NCBI GenBank assembly: GCA_045603305.1
Contig: JAZULV010000004.1
Location: 1 to 52,041 of the forward strand
DNA: 52,041 nt
Direction: 5' to 3'
From: Lachnospiraceae bacterium
GTDB lineage: Bacteria; Bacillota; Clostridia; Lachnospirales; Lachnospiraceae
In this document: one piece after another, positions 37,624 to 45,832 of the stretch
Layout of the letters: each line of letters begins with the position of its first letter
How positions within the stretch are numbered: position 1 is the stretch's first letter
Position numbers and translations under genes: made by a program
Notes under the pieces: generated by a model
Databases searched by the model: none
What the model was told of the DNA's origin: nothing
What the model saw: only the letters and a program-made list of their open reading frames with translations

Positions 37624-40287
37624 TTAGTTTCTTCCATATTTGTATGGTTCCAAACAAATCTCTCTTACACCACAGTACTGACACCACTCATCACAAGATT
37701 TTGCACAGCCAGTTGCATTTACTCTGTTACTGCTTAATCTCGCATCGATTTCACCCTGCGGAACATCCTTAAAATACCCAAAGAAGCTTCCATCACCATT
37801 TCCAAGTTGAAGGTAAATGAACTCCTCACGTTTTTTCATATATATGTCATCCGTAGGACTTATCATTGGAAATGTAGTACCATTTTTAAGCACACTCTTT
37901 TGCAAATAGTTTTTTGCATTCGTAATAATATCCATACGCTCTGTGTGCATATCCTTAACAAACTCAAACTTTCGTTCAAGTTTTTTATACTCATCATTTA
38001 AAGTATCAAGCAACACATCCTCGGTAGCAATCTGTCCCTGCAACACAACTCTCGCCACATTCTCCAACAAAATCTCCAAGTATTTTAACAACAGAAAATG
38101 ATCCCTAAAAACTGCCCTCTTCTCAATTGTAGATTCCAACAAAAATCTGTATTTACATATCTTGTATCGGTAGAAATCATATTGTCCATAATTATTCTCT
38201 GTATTAAGTTCAAGGTGCAAATTTCTTACTGCTTTCGGTAAAGTTCCAGTAGGTTTATCTTTTGGATAAACTTTCTGAGCCTCCAATATCTTCAACAAAT
38301 AGAACATCTCATTCTCTTTATCATCAACATTTTTTACATAGCTTAACTTAAACTTTACCCTGTTAAACTGGAGCCCATATATCAACGCATATCTCTTAAA
38401 ATTCTTATACTCTCTTCTAGATTTAACATAAACCTGGTACTTCCAATCAATTGGATCTTGCGCAACTTCAAAGAAAGTCACGTCCAAAGGCCATGGAAAT
38501 CTATCTCTTCGAGTTACGTTCATATCGTTATCTGAAAGGCAGGCAAAATGATATATTATATCCTTATTCTGTTTTCTACTCTTTAAGATATCGCCATCAA
38601 TCTGCTCAAAATCTCTTACTATCCAATTTGCACTTATCCCCTTTTTAGTCTCCTGTTTCAGATAATAAGCCATTGTCTCTTTCAGCACATCAAAAGAACC
38701 TGTAGCGTCAATCTTATCAACCTCTTCCAAGCGAATGAGCACACGCTTTACTACATCTCTAAATTCATCTTCAATATCTTCCGCTTCAAGTATTCTTGTT
38801 TCAAGGAACTCTTTTATTCTCTTATAGAATTTTTTAAAGTTATTCTCTGTATCCTCAAAATCTGCATAAAATAGCTTTGTAATCTGATCCAGCTGCTCCA
38901 ATGCCGCAACTAATGTATCTATTTCCTCTGAAGTAACGTCAAAGTATACCAATCTACTACCTATGCGTTTTTCAGTTACATCTTTCTCAGCTTTTTTAAT
39001 TCGCTTCTTAAGCTTTCCTAATAGGTCAGTTATCTGATCAATGGTTTCCGCACGTACAAAAAATTCTTTTGTTCTGTTGAAAATAGAATAAAGCTTTCCA
39101 GGAGTTTCTTCTTTTATAAATCCTGAATTCAGACATTCTACAATATCATTCATATTTTCAATCTGAATTCCACCTTCCTCTGGATTCCACATATTCGTAA
39201 TGGAAAGAAAAAAATGTCCAATAGGATATGTCAGGAAATGACGTTCACCAAATTGTCCTGGGTAATAAATCTTGAGGATATTGTTTACGCTGTTATTAGC
39301 CGCATAGAATTGCTCTTGCATATAATAAAGCGTTGATCGCCTTACGTCTTTATCTCTTTCTTGGCGTTTCAATGCGTCCTCAAATACACTAGCAACATAG
39401 CTGGCAAACTCCGTATTATTATCAAACTCCATTACTTCAAAAGGACAATCTTCTTCATTTTCTTCCGGATGTCCCTCTATTAAATTTGCCATTCTATCTG
39501 CTAGCAAATTTCCTTCATAGCTATTCGTCAGCAATGGATTAGGCTTAAACTCATTCGTAAACTGACTTTTGATAGGCATGTCAAATGATGAATATACATC
39601 TATCCATGTCTGATATACATTCTTGTACTGCTGCTGATAATTGAACAAAAGAATTACTCTTTTATACTTTGCCACCAATTCAATAGTTTGAAGAATCATT
39701 GGCGAAAACTGATGTACTCCATGAATCACAATGGTATCTAAATCAACAGCACTTATGTCTGCGTCTTCACGTTCTAACTTCATGCCTTCTCGAATCGCAT
39801 TCTCGATTTCAGCTTCTGAAAAATGTCTTTTCAACGTAAAATCCTGAACCAAATCTGATTTTCTTATTATTCTATAAAGCTCTACAAGGTGGCGTTGTTC
39901 CTCTGTCAACAAATCAGTTCGCATTTCATCAAGGCTCATATCTAGTTCAAACAAAATGCGCAAACTATTACTGAGTTGCTTTCTATTGAATCTTAGCGAC
40001 TGCCTAATCTTTTCTGAATTATCCGTAATGTTCAATCTGGAGATAGCCTCATCTATCACGGTGTATTGCTTTATTTTGCATTCACTGCTTTCCCAATATG
40101 CAAAGAGTCCTTTTACCAAGTTCTCAACAGTAGATACTTTACCTGCTGTCATATCTTCGTACGTTCCCATCATTCCGTTTGCCATAGTTTGTGACACACA
40201 GAAATGAGGGCTATTTTTAATGGAATCCCAGTATAATTCTTTATTTATTTCATATGGATTGCTGTATGTATAAATAGAAAACGGCAT
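37624..40287 (-). CDS. Hypothetical 887-aa protein with a C-terminal Cys cluster that resembles the iron-staple of RecB-family nucleases
   Basis: RBS GGAGGTG. It has no P-loop. A lone Cys lies in HFACLSDNDM about 280 aa before the C-terminus, and the last 30 aa read GCAKSCDEWCQYCGVREIC, which contains C-x2-C-x5-C. That arrangement is used by AddB, Cas4 and Dna2 to frame a PD-(D/E)xK domain. The nuclease motifs themselves could not be confidently located by eye. Confidence 0.5.
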   Translation of the reverse strand: MPFSIYTYSNPYEINKELYWDSIKNSPHFCVSQTMANGMMGTYEDMTAGKVSTVENLVKGLFAYWESSECKIKQYTVIDEAISRLNITDNSEKIRQSLRFNRKQLSNSLRILFELDMSLDEMRTDLLTEEQRHLVELYRIIRKSDLVQDFTLKRHFSEAEIENAIREGMKLEREDADISAVDLDTIVIHGVHQFSPMILQTIELVAKYKRVILLFNYQQQYKNVYQTWIDVYSSFDMPIKSQFTNEFKPNPLLTNSYEGNLLADRMANLIEGHPEENEEDCPFEVMEFDNNTEFASYVASVFEDALKRQERDKDVRRSTLYYMQEQFYAANNSVNNILKIYYPGQFGERHFLTYPIGHFFLSITNMWNPEEGGIQIENMNDIVECLNSGFIKEETPGKLYSIFNRTKEFFVRAETIDQITDLLGKLKKRIKKAEKDVTEKRIGSRLVYFDVTSEEIDTLVAALEQLDQITKLFYADFEDTENNFKKFYKRIKEFLETRILEAEDIEDEFRDVVKRVLIRLEEVDKIDATGSFDVLKETMAYYLKQETKKGISANWIVRDFEQIDGDILKSRKQNKDIIYHFACLSDNDMNVTRRDRFPWPLDVTFFEVAQDPIDWKYQVYVKSRREYKNFKRYALIYGLQFNRVKFKLSYVKNVDDKENEMFYLLKILEAQKVYPKDKPTGTLPKAVRNLHLELNTENNYGQYDFYRYKICKYRFLLESTIEKRAVFRDHFLLLKYLEILLENVARVVLQGQIATEDVLLDTLNDEYKKLERKFEFVKDMHTERMDIITNAKNYLQKSVLKNGTTFPMISPTDDIYMKKREEFIYLQLGNGDGSFFGYFKDVPQGEIDARLSSNRVNATGCAKSCDEWCQYCGVREICLEPYKYGRN

Positions 40288-40290
40288 CCC

Positions 40291-43200
40291 TTACACCTCC
40301 AGAAACTTACTCCAGCTCATATTGGATTTCTTGTCTGTATCCTTCATCCAGATACAATTTCTTATTGCTCTCGTCAATGCGACATAAAGTATTCTTGCCT
40401 CTTCACATATTCTCTGTCCGATTTCTTCCTGAGAATCATAATTTGAATTACAATCTTTTTTATTCTCATCAATCTTAATTGAGTACGCTAACTTCGAATT
40501 ACTATAATTGACATCTGTGTTTGCTTTTTTTAAATTATCAATAGCTTGACCAGTGAAAGGTAATATTACTGTCCCATATTCCAATCCCTTAGCCTTATGC
40601 ACGGTCGTGCAAAGAAATTTGATTCCTGTTTGATCTTCTGCAACAGCTCTTGCCAATTCTTGCTGCTTAGTTAAAATATTAATTTGAATGGAATTAGCAA
40701 TGACTGTTAATGTTAAATAATCAACACTATATGATTTAATTATTTTTTCAATCAAAAGCTCATAATTAGATTTATAGAATCTTTGCTTATCAACATCCTC
40801 GCTATACTTATTCCATGGTTTAAGCGTTTCAAATATCGCCTTCAGAACAACAAGAACTGGATTAGCCTGGACATACGCAACCAACTCATTCCAAGTCTTA
40901 TCCATCCTCGCCATAAAATACGTATCTAAAGCTTCAACCAATTTTTTTGTTTGAGAACTCTTGTCTTCATTCTGAAGTCCTTGATACAAGAGTGGCATAT
41001 CTACATAATTGGATTCCATAAAGTTAACAAGATACACCGGATTATCGGGATTCGTTAACGCCATCAAAAGCTTACAAAAATCAATGGTCGAATCTAACTG
41101 ATACAGGTCACCGCCGACCTTTGTTTCAATTTCAACCTCTTCATCCAACTCCTTGCATCCCTTTATAATTGTTTCAATCTGCCAATTTTCTCTTACAAGA
41201 ATGGCAATTGTCTTTTCCTCTTTGCTAAGCTTTCTCCTTTTCTCTAATTCAATAATTTTAGCTTTTTCTCTCTTGAGTAAACCAAGTAAAACTTCTAACT
41301 GTTCATCATTCTTTCCATGAAATGGAATACATTCAAACAATTCTTCCTCATTAGCACCGCCATTTAAATTACTCACTAAATGATCTGAATCATAAGTATA
41401 TGGAAGCCAAGCACTTGCTCCCATTCCTTGAAAGATTTCATCCATTATTTCAAGTAGTCTGGAATCTGTTCGATAATTCGTATTAATGGTATGCTCTTCC
41501 CATTTATCGGGAGTTGCATTAAGTCTCTTAAATGCACTTATTGTTGCCCCTCTGAAACGATAAATACTTTGCTTCAAGTCGCCAACAACAAACAAATTAC
41601 AGTTCTTACCAATAAGCTGCTGAATCTTCAAAAATGAATCTATTTGCGCATCATCAGTATCCTGAAATTCGTCAATAAAAATATATTTGTAATCTAAATG
41701 TGTTTTCTCCTTGTCTTTCTGGTTAACAACATCATTCAGAATTATCATCGTTTCTCGTAAATCTATCTTATTGCTTTCTTGAATCTTTGTTTCATACTCA
41801 AGTTCCGCAGCAATAATGACCTCCATTATTATTTCATTGAAGAAAGAAAGTAATCCTGGAGCCTGCCCCAACTCGTCTTCCCTAATCTTTTTTATATCAA
41901 TGCTCTTGTTGTAGAGCTGGTTTGAAAATTCTACTAGCATTCTTCTAAACTGATACAAAGGAAGTTTTATTTCATTTATAAAATTAGGATTTTCGGCTTC
42001 CTTCTTTGCAATAAAATCATTGAGATATCTCTCATATATCTGCTCTTTTACGTAGTCTCCAGACGTGATTGCAAAATTATCTCCTAAGCCCATTTGCATG
42101 GATGCTTCCTTAATAATTTCACGAGCAAACTTATGGATAGTTGAAATACGCATGAAGTCGATATCTTCTATATATTTCAAAAATTTCGGATTCGATGTTA
42201 GTACAAAATAATTAATAAACATCTGCTTAAGTCTATTCTTCATGTTGTCAGCTGCATCGTTTGTAAAAGTAACCATCGCAACATCATCAATCAGATTAAC
42301 TGTAGGATTCTCATATTTATTGCAGAGAAAAGCAATTCTTGAAACCATGGAATATGTTTTTCCGGTGCCTGCTCCTGCTCTAACCAAGATGTTTTTTTCC
42401 GGAGAGGCATGTTCAATAAAATACTGCTGAATATTGAAAGGGCTTTTTTCTGCCAATCTCTCCAACAACTGTCTTTCTTCTGGTGTACATTCTCCTTCAT
42501 ATATTGTTGCGGATTCATCAAGTATATCTGCCAAATCTTCTACAACATACAATTCAAAATTAAATATTCTAAATACATTATTCTTTACTGAAAACTCATT
42601 GTCTGCATCTTTTTTTAATTTAAGATTATTCTTCTCTGCTAATATTCCCTTCTCGTTGAGCTCTCCCTCTAAAACATAAAGAATAGAGTCAGCCATATCT
42701 TCAGATGATACGAAAACAACCGTCTTTGTTCCTTTCAAATATCCATCTACAATATCGTGAATTTGCCTCTTCACAAACTTCTTAGTATTAGCTACAACCA
42801 CAGAATAAGGAACCTGATTGCCAAGTTCAAATGGCTTTTTCATCTGAAAATGTGGTTCAAAATGCTGCCTGATTTTTCCCATCAAATCATCATCCATTTC
42901 CGCGTGAGGAATGGATTTACACTGATTATATGCGTTAAGCAACTTGTCACCTAAACGCATAGAATCTGACAAATCTTCCTTGAAAATCGTTAATGTTTCT
43001 TCAGATACAATGTCTAACCTTTTTTCGTAGTATTCCTTCTTTGAAATAAATGGATAACATACTAAATCAAATATTAATGGACTTACATTGTATTTATCAC
43101 TTATCAAGTTTAATAATCCAAATCTGTAGGCTCTAGCTTGCTTCTTAGGCGATTTTTCAGGTTTTTCATATCCCTGAACAATAATCTCATCAACACCGGC

Positions 43201-43407
43201 TACATCAAAAATACTCTCTGCAAGCCAACCCTTCACCTCGATAATGATCATTCCAACATTCTTCATAAGAATGCAGAAATCAAACTCTCTTCCATTTACT
43301 TCACGGCCATTGTATACAATAGCCTCTCCCGGAAGATTATCAGAAAGACTCTCCCATACTTTTCCTTCGCCTTTATATTCAGGTTTTTTATCAATCATTA
43401 TAGCCAT
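40291..43407 (-). CDS. UvrD/PcrA-type SF1 helicase with an N-terminal NERD (nuclease-related) domain
   Basis: The track starts on TTG. An ATG at about 43407 (MAIMIDKKPEY) follows a GGGGGT RBS. The N-terminus (FDFCILMKNVGMIIIEVKGW) is a NERD/PD-(D/E)xK-like EVK motif. Helicase motif I is RAGAGTGKTYSM, motif II is IFIDEFQDTD, and motifs V-VI are CTTVHKAKGLEYGTV ... YVALTRA. Confidence 0.8.
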   Translation of the reverse strand: MAIMIDKKPEYKGEGKVWESLSDNLPGEAIVYNGREVNGREFDFCILMKNVGMIIIEVKGWLAESIFDVAGVDEIIVQGYEKPEKSPKKQARAYRFGLLNLISDKYNVSPLIFDLVCYPFISKKEYYEKRLDIVSEETLTIFKEDLSDSMRLGDKLLNAYNQCKSIPHAEMDDDLMGKIRQHFEPHFQMKKPFELGNQVPYSVVVANTKKFVKRQIHDIVDGYLKGTKTVVFVSSEDMADSILYVLEGELNEKGILAEKNNLKLKKDADNEFSVKNNVFRIFNFELYVVEDLADILDESATIYEGECTPEERQLLERLAEKSPFNIQQYFIEHASPEKNILVRAGAGTGKTYSMVSRIAFLCNKYENPTVNLIDDVAMVTFTNDAADNMKNRLKQMFINYFVLTSNPKFLKYIEDIDFMRISTIHKFAREIIKEASMQMGLGDNFAITSGDYVKEQIYERYLNDFIAKKEAENPNFINEIKLPLYQFRRMLVEFSNQLYNKSIDIKKIREDELGQAPGLLSFFNEIIMEVIIAAELEYETKIQESNKIDLRETMIILNDVVNQKDKEKTHLDYKYIFIDEFQDTDDAQIDSFLKIQQLIGKNCNLFVVGDLKQSIYRFRGATISAFKRLNATPDKWEEHTINTNYRTDSRLLEIMDEIFQGMGASAWLPYTYDSDHLVSNLNGGANEEELFECIPFHGKNDEQLEVLLGLLKREKAKIIELEKRRKLSKEEKTIAILVRENWQIETIIKGCKELDEEVEIETKVGGDLYQLDSTIDFCKLLMALTNPDNPVYLVNFMESNYVDMPLLYQGLQNEDKSSQTKKLVEALDTYFMARMDKTWNELVAYVQANPVLVVLKAIFETLKPWNKYSEDVDKQRFYKSNYELLIEKIIKSYSVDYLTLTVIANSIQINILTKQQELARAVAEDQTGIKFLCTTVHKAKGLEYGTVILPFTGQAIDNLKKANTDVNYSNSKLAYSIKIDENKKDCNSNYDSQEEIGQRICEEARILYVALTRAIRNCIWMKDTDKKSNMSWSKFLEV

Positions 43408-43428
43408 GACGTTTACCCCCAATGTACA

Positions 43429-44247
43429 TTACTCAAAGAAGTCCTCATTAATCTTATACACTGTATAGGTCTGAACCTTTTCAAGTCCAATACCATACTT
43501 AATCATCAATTCTGCGAGCAAATCCCCATCTATAAGTTTCAAACTTTTCTGCTGCTGTTTTTCAGCATAATTTCTTGCTTCTTTTGTAAATGAAGACGTT
43601 GTAATAAACACACCTTTTTGAACATCCTGCATAGCACCAACAAAAGCCTGTAACAACGGTCTTCCAACTGTATTACTACTATCATTTCTTTTTGCCTGAA
43701 TATATATCTTACTTAATCCAAGCTTGTCCTCATATATTACGCCGTCAATACCACCATCATGAGATTTACCTAATACACGACCCGACAATTCATCCGAGCC
43801 ATATCCCATTTCAAGTAACAAATTAACCACTAACCGTTCAAAGAAACTTGGGTGACATTCCATAATATGATCCAAAATTTGTCGTTTCATGTTACTCTTA
43901 TAGAAATGATACGTACGATCTATCTTTTCTTCTGGTAACAAGTCGTCCTCTGACACCAGTTTTTCTTTCTCCTCTTCCTTTTCAGTCGAGTTCTCTTGTC
44001 CTTCCTTTACTAATGCATAAAGATTCCTTGTTCCCTTCTGTCCTACAATATGAAAATATTTAACCGGCGATGCACCAGGGAAGTCCAACCCCTCACAATG
44101 ACAACGTAGTTTCGCATTGACTGCCGCCTCTGGATCCTTAGCCCCAAACTGGTATAAGTTCCTCTCTTTAATTTTTAAATACGCTTCTTTATATGTTAAA
44201 CTCTCATTTTCTTTTAGAACTTCAACCAATGCATCTACAATTCTCAT
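43429..44247 (-). CDS. Mrr-like restriction endonuclease (N-terminal winged-helix plus Mrr_cat PD-(D/E)xK)
   Basis: 272 aa with RBS GAAGGTGA. The catalytic region is GGIDGVIYEDKLGLSKIYIQAKR, a D...QxK Mrr-type core. It lies 11 nt downstream of dndA in the same orientation. Confidence 0.7.
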   Translation of the reverse strand: MRIVDALVEVLKENESLTYKEAYLKIKERNLYQFGAKDPEAAVNAKLRCHCEGLDFPGASPVKYFHIVGQKGTRNLYALVKEGQENSTEKEEEKEKLVSEDDLLPEEKIDRTYHFYKSNMKRQILDHIMECHPSFFERLVVNLLLEMGYGSDELSGRVLGKSHDGGIDGVIYEDKLGLSKIYIQAKRNDSSNTVGRPLLQAFVGAMQDVQKGVFITTSSFTKEARNYAEKQQQKSLKLIDGDLLAELMIKYGIGLEKVQTYTVYKINEDFFE

Positions 44248-44258
44248 ACGTTCACCTT

Positions 44259-45452
44259 CTACACTTCTTCTCTTAATACCTTTATCAGCTGATTAATATC
44301 TGCTTCTGTCGTATGTTTATTAAGCGATATTCTTAATACCTTTGAAACCTTGTCTTTCAACCCCAATGCAGTTATTACATATGACGGTTCTCCTGCACTA
44401 CATGCAGAACCTGCTGATAATGCTATTCTGTCGCTTATATGCTTTATAAACCTTTCATTATTGAAATCCTTCTTATCGACCACTATACTTATAATTCCGG
44501 GCAATCTCTTCTCTGATAGGTTTGTTAATGATATATCTGGTAACGTCTTTAATCCAGCAACAAGCATCTGATCAAACTGTAAAATCTTCTGTTCATTTGT
44601 ATCGAAATCCCTCATTGCAATGTCTGCAGCTTTACCAAAACCTACAATATTATGAACTGCTAAAGTCCCAGCCCTAAACCCATTTTCCTGTTCACCACCA
44701 TGCATAAATGCAGTAATTGGAGGAATACCATACGCATCACTTTTAATAAATGCTGCTCCTATTCCTTTGGGGCCATAAATCTTGTGCGCTGAACACGAAG
44801 CAAAATCCAATCCCATCGCATGAACATCAATAGCCATTTTCCCTATTGCTTGTGTTAGGTCAGAATGAATTGCAATACCCTTCATTGAACACATCTTAGC
44901 AATTCCAGAGACATCACTAATAGTACCAACTTCATTATTCACATAGATAACAGAAACCATTGCGGTGTTATTCTTTAGCGCTTCCTCTATAGTTGTAACA
45001 AGTATTTCTCCCGTTTCAGTAATACCAACAAAAGAAGCTTCATATCCTCTGTCTACAGATTTTCTCCCACCAAACAATGTTACAGTAGGATCATTATTAG
45101 AATACAAATCACCATTAAGGAATTTGCACGTATTCAATGTGGCCTTATGTTCTGCAACAGATGTAATGATATGGTTCTTTCCATCTCCGTAGTAACGTCG
45201 ATAATCCATATAACCTTTAATAATAAAATTTGTGCTTTCTGTTGCACCTGCTGTAAAAATTATTTCTTCTGGATTAGCTCCCAACAGTTTTGCAACCTGA
45301 ACACGTGCATTTTCTACTGCATTATGAGCGTTAACTGCCTTGCAATAATACTTACTTGAAGGATTGCCATATTCTTCTCGGAGATAAGGGAGCATTGCCT
45401 CCAACACTTCCTCATCCACCGGAGAAGTTGCACTATTATCCAAATAAATCAT
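44259..45452 (-). CDS. dndA: Cysteine desulfurase (NifS/IscS-like), the DndA role in DNA phosphorothioation
   Basis: 397 aa starting MIYLDNSATSPVDEEVLEAMLPYLREEYGNPSS. It has the PLP-lysine region and the active-site Cys loop LSAGSACSAG. Its start overlaps the dndE stop (ATGA). Confidence 0.85.
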   Translation of the reverse strand: MIYLDNSATSPVDEEVLEAMLPYLREEYGNPSSKYYCKAVNAHNAVENARVQVAKLLGANPEEIIFTAGATESTNFIIKGYMDYRRYYGDGKNHIITSVAEHKATLNTCKFLNGDLYSNNDPTVTLFGGRKSVDRGYEASFVGITETGEILVTTIEEALKNNTAMVSVIYVNNEVGTISDVSGIAKMCSMKGIAIHSDLTQAIGKMAIDVHAMGLDFASCSAHKIYGPKGIGAAFIKSDAYGIPPITAFMHGGEQENGFRAGTLAVHNIVGFGKAADIAMRDFDTNEQKILQFDQMLVAGLKTLPDISLTNLSEKRLPGIISIVVDKKDFNNERFIKHISDRIALSAGSACSAGEPSYVITALGLKDKVSKVLRISLNKHTTEADINQLIKVLREEV

Positions 45453-45829
45453 ACAGTATCACCTACTCCTAATACTTGAAGTATGTATTTATCCATGCTT
45501 CCAGCATGATTATACATATCAAGTAGTAATTCACTACCCCTATCAATGTGTGCCTTAACATACTTCGGAAAAAATTCTTCCTCCGGCAAATATCTTCCTT
45601 CAACTTCTTCAATCAAAACCTTGAAATATGTTTCATTATCACCTGTAATTGTCTGCCTGTTAAGATCCAATCCGTCTGAATCAGATTCATAATCTGCAAC
45701 TGAAGAATTCTCTTTCAAAGACCACGCTATTGCATGTTTTACCAAAGTATATGGTTTATAGTTTGTTCTATTTTCTAACTCTTGGAATATTTCCTGAGTT
45801 CTCTTTGATGTTTTTAATCTGAATATCAT
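45449..45829 (-). CDS. dndE: DndE-like small protein
   Basis: 126 aa starting MIFRLKTSKRTQEIFQELENRTNYKPYTLVKHAIAWSL. Its size and its position between dndD and the desulfurase fit DndE. Confidence 0.7.
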   Translation of the reverse strand: MIFRLKTSKRTQEIFQELENRTNYKPYTLVKHAIAWSLKENSSVADYESDSDGLDLNRQTITGDNETYFKVLIEEVEGRYLPEEEFFPKYVKAHIDRGSELLLDMYNHAGSMDKYILQVLGVGDTV

Positions 45830-45832
45830 TGC

